A stretch of DNA of 64,000 nucleotides from a virus. Position 1 is the first letter of the stretch. Every line of letters begins with the position of its first letter. The translations under genes were made by a program, and so were the position numbers. A model generated the notes under the pieces. The model made no database searches. It had not been told where the DNA came from and saw only the letters and a list, made by a program, of their open reading frames with translations. The stretch lies in IMG/VR virus record IMGVR_UViG_3300029057_000206. One strand, 5' to 3'. Shown here piece after piece: positions 45,008 to 53,773 of the stretch.

Positions 45008-45919
45008 ATGAGCACACCAATTAAGAACAGATATGATTTCGTAGTATTATTCGACGTAGAGAATGGAAATCCGAACGGTGATCCGGATGCCGGAAATATG
45101 CCGAGAGTTGATCCAGAGACTGGCATCGGGCTTGTGACAGATGCCTGCATAAAGCGCAAGATCCGTAATTATGTGGAAACTGTAAAAGAAGATGCAGCCG
45201 GGTTCAAGATCTATATTAAAGAGGGGGTCCCGCTGAACCGGAGTGACCTTAAGGCAGTCGAAAGTCTTGGTATTGACGTCGGTGACGACAAAAATGCACT
45301 TGAAGATGTAAAGAAGCTGAAAAAGACAGATGAAGATGTGGATCTTAAGCTCCGTGACTATATGTGTAGTAATTTCTATGATATCCGTACATTTGGTGCT
45401 GTCTTGACTACCTTTACAAAGGCGGCATTAAACTGTGGACAGGTACGTGGCCCGGTACAGATTGGTTTTGCAAAAAGTATTGATCCTGTTTTCAGCCAGG
45501 ATATTACTGTAACCAGAGTTGCAATCACAACGGAAAAGGATGCGGAAAAGAAAAATACAGAAATGGGAAGAAAGAGTATTATTCCTTATGGACTTTACCG
45601 TGTGGAGGGATATATTTCTGCTAATCTTGCCCGTAAGACCACCGGCTTTTCTGAAGACGATCTGGAACTGCTTTGGGAAGCAATCATTAACATGTTTGAG
45701 AATGACCATTCCGCAGCACGCGGGAAGATGGCAGTGCGTGAGCTCATCGTATTCAAGCATAACAGCGAGCTTGGCAATTGTCCATCGTACAAACTGTTTG
45801 AAACTGTTGATGTTAAGAAGAATGATGGTGTTGAGTTTCCTCGTAAATATTCCGATTATGCAGTGACTATTCATGAGGATGCGATTCCGGATGGCGTGAC
45901 AATGACTCGCAAAATCTAA
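45008..45919 (+). CDS. cas7c: Cas7c (Csd2), the type I-C backbone subunit
   Basis: Contains the hallmark NPNGDPDAGNMPR. RBS ggagga, then ATG 45008 (the track ORF start 44957 overlaps cas8c). Confidence 0.85.
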   Translation: MSTPIKNRYDFVVLFDVENGNPNGDPDAGNMPRVDPETGIGLVTDACIKRKIRNYVETVKEDAAGFKIYIKEGVPLNRSDLKAVESLGIDVGDDKNALEDVKKLKKTDEDVDLKLRDYMCSNFYDIRTFGAVLTTFTKAALNCGQVRGPVQIGFAKSIDPVFSQDITVTRVAITTEKDAEKKNTEMGRKSIIPYGLYRVEGYISANLARKTTGFSEDDLELLWEAIINMFENDHSAARGKMAVRELIVFKHNSELGNCPSYKLFETVDVKKNDGVEFPRKYSDYAVTIHEDAIPDGVTMTRKI

Positions 45920-46168
45920 AAAGATTTCCAGAGATTACAAGGCAACCCGCGTTTTGCGGGCTGCATCTGCTTGGGTTATGCCGAAATGTAGAATTCCGGT
46001 GCGAACTGAAAGCTTACATAGCTTCTCTGGGAGACTCGCACCGGAAATGGAGGTATTAGTGTACAAAAAGAACACAAAACCCAACTGTATAAGGCCGTTT
46101 GAGAACAATTAATTAGAGGAATTGTTTATATTTTGGCGATCGGGAGAGTTGTTTCTGTTCACTTTTAC

Positions 46169-46724
46169 AGCTACGCCCCATGGAGGGGCGTATGGATTGA
46201 AATACCAAAATCTTTTGACATTCTTATAAATGGTAACAGCTACGTCTTATGGGGTACGTATGGATTGAAATCATAATAATTGTAGAGATCTCAATACAAA
46301 ATAAAGCTGCGTCTCATGGAATACGTATGGATTGAAATGAAAAGGCGAGTTTGCGAAAGCAGATATTGGAATGTTGCGTCTCGTGGAGTACGTATGGATT
46401 GAAATTCCAACTTTAACTACATAACTATCCTGATAAACTTGCTGCACCCCATGGAGAGTGTATGGATTGAAATTTAAAAAATCATGGATAACATCTGCGA
46501 TAAGACGTTGCACCTCGCTAGGGGTGTATGGGTTGAAATTTCCATAATCGGTAGCCAATTATTATCATTAGGTGTTGCACCCCATAGAGGGTGTATGGAT
46601 TGAAATTATATAAAAATGATGAATATGTAAAAAAAATAAAAGAGTTACGCTCCATGGAGTGCGTATGGCTTGAAACCTCTTATTTTTTTAAAGATATCAC
46701 AATTACGCCCAAAGTGGGCTTACG
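46169..46724 (+). CRISPR. CRISPR array 4: 8 mutually divergent repeats plus a truncated ninth, and 8 spacers (26-38 nt)
   Basis: For example agctacgccccatggaggggcgtatggattgaaat, gttgcgtctcgtggagtacgtatggattgaaat, gttgcacctcgctaggggtgtatgggttgaaat and ttacgctccatggagtgcgtatggcttgaaac. The stem halves change in a compensatory way. The last partial repeat ends 22 nt before the ATG of the family-X membrane gene. Confidence 0.75.
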
Positions 46725-46746
46725 TAAATTTAAAGGAGAAAAGTAC

Positions 46747-47394
46747 ATGTCAAAAACAAAAGGAATATCAAAAAAGAAAGATATATTAAAGGTATTTTGG
46801 AATGAGTGTGCAGTATTTAAGGTAGTTGTTTGTATTCTTGCGTATGTGATACTCGGCTTTATCAATATACCAATTAACAGGTGGCTTACATTTCATGTAC
46901 CTAAATGGTCAGATGGGAAACTACATGATATAACAGGATCATTTTTTGTTCTTCCTATCCTTGAAGTATTAGCGGTCACTTTAATTTATCTTATCGCTAA
47001 TGGATGCTTTTATTTCATCAGCAAGATGATCGCGTACAGGAATTACTGTTACATTCCGCTTACGGAAGATGAAATTAAAGGAAAGAAATTTAAGAATGCA
47101 AATGAGTATTTTTCCTATGTCCTCAATGTCCTTTCCTATGGTTTTAAGAATGAAAAAGAAAATCTCCAGGTTAGTGATGATGATCTTCGAGAAATGCTTA
47201 TAACTTGTCTGATTGTATTCCCTGATAATGGGACAATATTTCAGATAAAACCAGAAACTGCGTGGAATGTTTCAGACGACATCCTTTTCTCCGAAGCCGT
47301 TGAATTGAATTGCGGAAAAGCAGAAATAATTGATAAGCATGTTGTATTGTCTGGTGATAATAGAAACGGCAAAAGAGAAGAATATACAGTGTGA
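46747..47394 (+). CDS. array-adjacent membrane protein, family X (paralog of 25537..26184)
   Basis: Begins MSKTKGISKKKDILKVFWNEC, has two TM helices, and a conserved C-terminal YRNYCYIPLTEDEIK...VVLSG domain. The start was moved to the RBS-backed ATG. Confidence 0.6.
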   Translation: MSKTKGISKKKDILKVFWNECAVFKVVVCILAYVILGFINIPINRWLTFHVPKWSDGKLHDITGSFFVLPILEVLAVTLIYLIANGCFYFISKMIAYRNYCYIPLTEDEIKGKKFKNANEYFSYVLNVLSYGFKNEKENLQVSDDDLREMLITCLIVFPDNGTIFQIKPETAWNVSDDILFSEAVELNCGKAEIIDKHVVLSGDNRNGKREEYTV

Positions 47395-47445
47395 AAGTTG
47401 ATAGGTCCTCATTCGAATTTTTTATCAAATTATGGAGGAATGGCA

Positions 47446-47970
47446 ATGGAAACAATAAGAGATTACGAAGCAATGGTATACGTACTTGAACATAACCGGA
47501 AAAGTGCCGGAACAGGTGAAAATATCAGTTGGAAGAAAATATCATATGAAAAGTTAAGTAAAGAGATGAAAAGCTATACCGGACGGATTAAGCGTATGCT
47601 TGGAGAACTTATATTAAACGGACGGATAGAGATTAAAACAGAACGTCCTTTTGTTTACCGTGTTCTTATTAAATCCGTGTTTACAGAAGAAGAATTTAAG
47701 GAATACCAGGATACCCGTCTTCTTGGAAAATTCCATGACTCATTATCAAAATTAACTGATACTGTGGAAACTGCTTCCGAAACAGTACAAGCTGTTTGGC
47801 GTCCAAGTGAAGCTATGCAGAAACGCCAGACGGGTGCGGGGAATACGTTTGTGTATAGCAAAGGGAATTCTTTAAGCGTGCATGAGAGTTTTGAACGGTC
47901 AAAACAGAACCGGGAATACCGGCCGGCAGGAGAAAAGGCAGGAAAGAGAAAAGCTGTAACGATATGGTAA
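47446..47970 (+). CDS. hypothetical protein
   Basis: RBS atggagga, then ATG 47446. Confidence 0.45.
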   Translation: METIRDYEAMVYVLEHNRKSAGTGENISWKKISYEKLSKEMKSYTGRIKRMLGELILNGRIEIKTERPFVYRVLIKSVFTEEEFKEYQDTRLLGKFHDSLSKLTDTVETASETVQAVWRPSEAMQKRQTGAGNTFVYSKGNSLSVHESFERSKQNREYRPAGEKAGKRKAVTIW

Positions 47971-47998
47971 TTAAAAAGTAGGAAGGAAGTGAAGCGGA

Positions 47999-48463
47999 AT
48001 GTATGGTCTTATTATTAAGAAAAAATGGTTGGATTTAATCATGAGCGGGCAGAAGACTCTGGAGATCCGCGGAAGCAGGACTTCCCATGCAGGAGAAGAG
48101 ATTGCGCTTCTCGAAAGCGGATCACAGAAGATCCGTGGTTTTTGTACGATTAAAGAAGTAACGGCCTTGGATAAAGGAAAATGGGAAGCACACAGGGATC
48201 GCCATTGCGTGGATGTGCCGTGGGAAAATCTTATTAAACGATATAAGACGCCATATGCGTGGCACTTATCTTCAATCACACCAACGGAGGAACTTACATA
48301 TGAGCATCCAAAGGGTGCCGTGATCTGGGTTAACCTGGATCATGTTCCTGTATTTAAAAAAATGAACAATAAAGGAAGAAATTGTCATGAACAAATCAAG
48401 GGAACCAGCTTGCACAAATATTTCATCTCGGGAGGGTTCTATGGAAAATATCATAACTTATAA
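47999..48463 (+). CDS. ASCH-domain-like protein (the 3' end may be shorter than given)
   Basis: WLDLIMSGQKTLEIRG is an ASCH/PUA-like beta-barrel signature. The ORF overlaps the next gene. Confidence 0.45.
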   Translation: MYGLIIKKKWLDLIMSGQKTLEIRGSRTSHAGEEIALLESGSQKIRGFCTIKEVTALDKGKWEAHRDRHCVDVPWENLIKRYKTPYAWHLSSITPTEELTYEHPKGAVIWVNLDHVPVFKKMNNKGRNCHEQIKGTSLHKYFISGGFYGKYHNL

Positions 48464-48845
48464 AACGACAAACTTATTTTCAACACCAGATCTGGTTTCT
48501 CTTTTCACATCTGTTGGATGGGTTAATGAAAGTGCAGAATATCCTAATCGATTGGAAAATGCAATGTATCATTCAGATATTGTTTTTAGCGCATGGGACG
48601 GAGATAAGCTTGTTGGTTTATTAAGTACCATAAGTGATACAATGCATGTTTATATAACATATCTTCTAGTCGATCCATCTTATCAAAATAGAAAGATAGG
48701 TACTAAATTGTTAAATATGTTTGAAAAACATTATGTTAATTACAAAAAAGAACTTAAAACGGAGAAAGCATCAGATTATTATAAACGCTTTGGGTGGCAT
48801 TCGGATTCTGTGGGGATGGTTAAGAATGATCTTCCCCCTTTATGA
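48441..48845 (+). CDS. GNAT-family N-acetyltransferase
   Basis: Acetyl-CoA motif A YQNRKIGTKLL. RBS ggaggg. Confidence 0.7.
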   Translation: MENIITYKTTNLFSTPDLVSLFTSVGWVNESAEYPNRLENAMYHSDIVFSAWDGDKLVGLLSTISDTMHVYITYLLVDPSYQNRKIGTKLLNMFEKHYVNYKKELKTEKASDYYKRFGWHSDSVGMVKNDLPPL

Positions 48846-49000
48846 TTATTGATTCTTAACAAATGCACCAATTGCGAAGTAGAAGGAGACGCAAATGTCA
48901 TATATGAGTGAGTGGATTTATTCCGAAGAAGATGCATATTTTATTATTTTAGCAGTTGCTGATATTGTAACAGGGATTTCAACACTTGGAGGTTTTAACC

Positions 49001-49426
49001 ATGAATAACGTTGTATTGATAATTATAGCTATTGCCACAACATTTGTAATTGATAAAGTATTTGATGATGTTCTAAGTCCTGCTGCAAAGTTTATTGTGA
49101 CATTGTTGACGATATTGTTTTTCGTTTTTATTTATGTTTTTGGACAGTATGCAGCGGGTTCTGCCACTGCTGAACTACACAAATTTGTAGAACAACTTGA
49201 TACGGAACAGCAGAATCAGGTAGTTGAGACAGAAAAACAAGCTAATCCAAAAAAGCAAACAAGAAAAGAGCAGGAAGAGAAATTACATAAACTTGCCGCA
49301 TCTGGTAAAGCGAAGATTGTAATAGATGGTGAACCGACAAGTGATGAGTTTGATATTGATGGCATTAAATTAAAAGATTATGATATCAAATTTAAGAATG
49401 GAAAAGTCTATTTGATATCAAAATAG
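49001..49426 (+). CDS. membrane protein, family Z (paralog of 58611..58946; shared C-terminus IDGIKLKDYDIKFKNGKVYLISK)
   Basis: N-terminal TM helices. RBS ggagg. Confidence 0.5.
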   Translation: MNNVVLIIIAIATTFVIDKVFDDVLSPAAKFIVTLLTILFFVFIYVFGQYAAGSATAELHKFVEQLDTEQQNQVVETEKQANPKKQTRKEQEEKLHKLAASGKAKIVIDGEPTSDEFDIDGIKLKDYDIKFKNGKVYLISK

Positions 49427-49663
49427 GAAGCTATTACTATGTATTTCATTACTCTTATCTAAGTTTTGTTAGAATTAAAGAGGTTTGTCATGCTTATTGT
49501 TTTGAGCGTCATTATAGTATTTATGGGTAATTCAGAATGGGTATCCTGCAAGAATTGTAATAGAAAAATCTGAGGCTATTAATTCATTATTCTTTCCTAA
49601 AAATACAGAAGCCAAAGATTAGATTATTCTTGCAAAAATGCATTTAAGGAGGAACAAATTTTA

Positions 49664-50152
49664 ATGAATACGTTGGAAAATTTAGAAATGGTATTGTTTG
49701 ACTTTGATGATACGCTGTGTATACATAGTCATCGCTCAGATTCTTATGAGGAACTGATGGAATATTTGTCATATATTCATTCAGGTGAAACATTTCCAAA
49801 ATCATGGAATAAATCAAAACCGAATTTGCAGTTAAAGAAATTCATGGATTATCTTGCTTATAAGAATATCCCTATGGGTTTAATTAGCGGAGTGCGTGAT
49901 TGTAAGACTGCGGAAAGAAAGATCAAATGGGTTAAAGAAAATTACGGTTACTTACTGGAAAATTACTGTGTATCCAGTCAGGAACAGAAGATTATTGAAC
50001 TTAAGGTCCTTGCAAAGGTTAACAGGCTTCATGAAAACCAGATTGCTATTATCGACGATTTATATCCCAATCTTGAAAAAGCAGAAAGTGAAGGTTTCGT
50101 TGCTCTTTCCCCAATGCAGGTTGTCAATTTATTTAATGAAATATCTAAATAG
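49664..50152 (+). CDS. HAD-superfamily hydrolase (5'-nucleotidase-like)
   Basis: Motif I FDFDDTL. ~60% identical to the N-terminal half of the next gene. Confidence 0.65.
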   Translation: MNTLENLEMVLFDFDDTLCIHSHRSDSYEELMEYLSYIHSGETFPKSWNKSKPNLQLKKFMDYLAYKNIPMGLISGVRDCKTAERKIKWVKENYGYLLENYCVSSQEQKIIELKVLAKVNRLHENQIAIIDDLYPNLEKAESEGFVALSPMQVVNLFNEISK

Positions 50153-50341
50153 AGACCTACTGATACTGCCGAGATTGCACAAGATTACGATTTTCCATTG
50201 CAGGATATGTGAGAGATAATTTGTTGAATTAGAGGTGATTATATTGGATTTATTTGGAAGAGATTTATGGACCCAAGCAGATGAAGATTTTTTAGGTAGA
50301 AAGTGTTATTTGTTGCAAAGTACGGTTGGAAGGGGATTTTA

Positions 50342-51337
50342 ATGAATAAGTTGGAAAATTTAAAAATGGTGCTGTTTGACTTTGATGATACATTGGCTGT
50401 GCATAGTCAAGGACATCGCATAAGCGATCATCTGATGAAATATATGATAAACGTGCATTCTGGAAGTAAAGAATTATGGAATACCTCGAAACCGAATTTA
50501 CAATTAAAGAAATTCATGGATTATCTCGCCTGTAAGAACATTTCTATGGGATTGATTAGTGGAGTACATGATTGTAAAGCCGCGGAAAGAAAAATCGAAT
50601 GGGTCAAAGAAAACTATGGGTATTCATTAGAGAATTATTGTGTATCCAGTCAAGAACAGAAGATGATTGAATTATCAACCATTGCAGAGGTTAATGGATT
50701 TCATGAAAGCCAGATTGCTCTTGTTGATGACTACTATGAAAATCTCGGAAATGCTGAAAAAATGGGATTTACAACATTTTCTCCTATGGAAATTGTTAAT
50801 TTGGTTAATTGCTTTCAAAATACAGATTTGGAAAAAATGTTGATCAGCCCTGATCCTGGGTGGGGGATAAATTTACGAAATAAATACATATTCTGGGATA
50901 TAGACGGCACTTTAGCGGAATACCGGTTTAACGGGCATGTTTCAGATCCGGAAGGTACTGATAACGGTATGAGTTTAAAAGAAATTGAGGATGGGGTTTT
51001 TCTCAAGAGAAAACCATCTTATCATATGCAGATGGTATTGTCTACATGTGGCGCGAAGCAGAACATTGTAATGGGGCACTGCCAGGTACAGAAAGAAATG
51101 GATGATAAACAGCTCTGGCTGGACAAGTATTATCCAAGTATCACAGAACGTTTACTTGTGTCGGAAGATAAATCGAAAGCAGATACCATTTTGCAATACT
51201 GTAAGGATCATGATATTAGCTTGCAAGATGTGGTATTTGTTGATGACACGATTCCATTTCTCCGCGAAGCAGAGCGAAAAGGGATTAAATCATTTCATAT
51301 CAGCAGTTTTTTGGATTGGGATTTCGAAAGGAGGTAA
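50342..51337 (+). CDS. tandem double-HAD hydrolase (two DxDxT domains)
   Basis: FDFDDTL and WDIDGTL motif I sequences, plus VFVDDT. Confidence 0.65.
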   Translation: MNKLENLKMVLFDFDDTLAVHSQGHRISDHLMKYMINVHSGSKELWNTSKPNLQLKKFMDYLACKNISMGLISGVHDCKAAERKIEWVKENYGYSLENYCVSSQEQKMIELSTIAEVNGFHESQIALVDDYYENLGNAEKMGFTTFSPMEIVNLVNCFQNTDLEKMLISPDPGWGINLRNKYIFWDIDGTLAEYRFNGHVSDPEGTDNGMSLKEIEDGVFLKRKPSYHMQMVLSTCGAKQNIVMGHCQVQKEMDDKQLWLDKYYPSITERLLVSEDKSKADTILQYCKDHDISLQDVVFVDDTIPFLREAERKGIKSFHISSFLDWDFERR

Positions 51338-51341
51338 CATA

Positions 51342-52409
51342 ATGGATTTATGTATTGACTACAACTTGTTGTTTGCAGAATTAAAGAAACATGGTTTCTG
51401 CCTTGGTTTTTCAACAATTGAGAATGTTGCGCTTTCAAAGGATCAGGTGGATTACTGGCATCGTGGCAATTTCATTTGTTGTGTAAAATCAAAGGGATTA
51501 ATTGCAACTTATGTATGCTTTATTACTGGTGATGAATTGAAAGATGAATTCTCTACTTATAAGAGTGTTCATGAGTATTTGAATTTCACAGATACTATAG
51601 AAGCTCAGCGGAGACCATCAATCATTAAAGCATTTGAAAACGTTTTATTTGCCAGTTATTCTGATGCAGTTGCTAAATATAATCAGATGCTTGCTGTTTT
51701 TCCAAAATTTACACCAGCATTTAAAGAATTGTTTGCAGAAGAAATGGATGCTCTTGCAGTATCTAATACGTCAATTCAGGTTAAACCTGATTTGTCTAAA
51801 ATTTATATAAATAAAGAGCATGAATATTGTTACATCTCAGCTGTTACACCGGATAGTGTTTGTGTTAACCGGCTCACCGCTGTATCTTTTGAAAAAGAGC
51901 TGGATTATCGTGAATTGCAGCAATACACTGCCGTTCCAGAAGTTTTTGACGAATTACGTTCACTTCTGTTAACAGTATTACACGGTCTTTCTTCTGTTAT
52001 CAAGATAAATAATCTGCCTGAAGATAACAGTGTTTCTTTGAAATATTATAATGAAACCGATGAATTCCGTGATACAAGATATACTGCAGTTGGTCAAAAT
52101 TTCGAATTGATACTTATCAATATGCTTGGTGCTTCCTGTTATTTGAGTGATAAGTCTCGTACACATGATTCAGATAATAAGTGTCACGCATACGATATTG
52201 CTGATGTTTTTTCAGCAAATGCTAAAGCCAAACGTATTCATGATTTTCTTGTAAAACTCATGAAAGAGTTTTCGCCTATTTTAGCAGGTGACCTGGCATT
52301 GCGGAAGCAGCTTTTCGATTATTTGTATACACTTGAGGATGGTGATAATTCCGTTAATGCGCAGCAACCAGGGTTGCCAGATAATACGGATTCTTTGCCT
52401 CATAAATAG
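51342..52409 (+). CDS. hypothetical protein
   Basis: RBS gaaaggagg, then ATG 51342. 355 aa. Confidence 0.5.
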   Translation: MDLCIDYNLLFAELKKHGFCLGFSTIENVALSKDQVDYWHRGNFICCVKSKGLIATYVCFITGDELKDEFSTYKSVHEYLNFTDTIEAQRRPSIIKAFENVLFASYSDAVAKYNQMLAVFPKFTPAFKELFAEEMDALAVSNTSIQVKPDLSKIYINKEHEYCYISAVTPDSVCVNRLTAVSFEKELDYRELQQYTAVPEVFDELRSLLLTVLHGLSSVIKINNLPEDNSVSLKYYNETDEFRDTRYTAVGQNFELILINMLGASCYLSDKSRTHDSDNKCHAYDIADVFSANAKAKRIHDFLVKLMKEFSPILAGDLALRKQLFDYLYTLEDGDNSVNAQQPGLPDNTDSLPHK

Positions 52410-52437
52410 GAAGAAAAAGGAGGAAAATAATTGCGAT

Positions 52438-53220
52438 ATGTATACTAAAATATATGCTATTTTTACGACAGTGGTTAAATATTTTATTCTGGCGTGTGGT
52501 ATATCCTTATTACTATTTTTCTTTTATGATAATGAATTAGAACCAACAAAAGACAATATTAAATGTGTAGTTAGCATAATATATATGAATTTATTAACTG
52601 CAGTAGTAATTACATATTTATTTAAAAAATTAATTGGTAGTATTAAGGAAGACGTTGTAAATGCAAAGCCGTATGGAAAAGCGCAAATAGGAAATAAAGA
52701 AAAAACGTATGAGAATATAAGAGAAATGATTACTGTTCACGAAGCAGGTCATGCAGTAATGTCTTATTTAAAAAATGCAGATACAATTATTGTGAATGCT
52801 TCTCTTTGCGAACCCAATGTAGTATCGGGATATGATAGCGTAGTAAATGCAGAAGTTGTGAAAAGCATGATACTTATTAAATACGCAGGAGCAATAGCAG
52901 AAGAATTAATATTTGGACATTATGATGCAGGTTCTTTTCTCGGATCTAATTCAGATTTTAAAAGTGCGACGGAATTAATTAAGGGCTACATTACTATGAT
53001 TGATCCAGAACGGAGCAAAACACTATTAGATGACGAACTGAAAGATCAACTTATAGATATATCAAAAACTTTTTATCAAGAATGCAAAGAATTACTTAGC
53101 TGTAATATAAAATTAGTTGAACATTTATCTAATGTATTGACATACAAAGAAAGATTAACCACAGAAGAAGTACTTGAGATAATAAATGCTTTCAAGGAGA
53201 GCAAAGAAATAAATACTTAA
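52438..53220 (+). CDS. membrane-anchored FtsH-type (M41-like) zinc peptidase domain protein lacking an AAA module
   Basis: The FtsH-type active site VHEAGHAVM is preceded by two TM helices. RBS aaaggagga. Confidence 0.55.
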   Translation: MYTKIYAIFTTVVKYFILACGISLLLFFFYDNELEPTKDNIKCVVSIIYMNLLTAVVITYLFKKLIGSIKEDVVNAKPYGKAQIGNKEKTYENIREMITVHEAGHAVMSYLKNADTIIVNASLCEPNVVSGYDSVVNAEVVKSMILIKYAGAIAEELIFGHYDAGSFLGSNSDFKSATELIKGYITMIDPERSKTLLDDELKDQLIDISKTFYQECKELLSCNIKLVEHLSNVLTYKERLTTEEVLEIINAFKESKEINT

Positions 53221-53398
53221 ATTTTTATCATTTCCGGATGTCACGATTATCTGCAATGATTGCCACGGCAGAGGCTTTGCGGTTGTTGCAGAGAGTATTC
53301 GTGAACTGTCCGACAATATAAAGCAGCTGATTGAACAGAACAATAAGGATTGAAGATGATATCCTGTATTTAATGTCAAAGTGAAAGGAGAATTGTAT

Positions 53399-53581
53399 AT
53401 GGTTGTTATTATTGGAGCAATAATTGTTTTTTGCCTTTTCATGGGAGTTATTCTTATAATTTCCGGATGTCACGATTATAACGAAGCAAACAGAGGAATG
53501 GAGATTGGCATTGGTATTTCTCTTATCCTCGCCCCAATTGTTGTTACGTTGACATATCTGGCTTTTGGAGGTGTGTTGTAA
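53399..53581 (+). CDS. hypothetical small membrane protein
   Basis: RBS gaaaggagaa. A 23-nt piece of its 3' end is duplicated at 53229-53251. Confidence 0.35.
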   Translation: MVVIIGAIIVFCLFMGVILIISGCHDYNEANRGMEIGIGISLILAPIVVTLTYLAFGGVL

Positions 53582-53773
53582 TTTCTTGCGGAGCAGAGCA
53601 GAGGAAGGCTCACCGGGCTCATGACCTGGGTGTCGGATGTTCGATTCCTTTCTCCGCAATTAATTTTAAAAAAGGGAGGTTATAACATGTTCTAACTGAT
53701 TAAAAAACATAAACAAGCATTCGTTCAAAAGAAAGATTCGTATGTGAAAAAAGGATGGGAGGAAAAGAAAATC

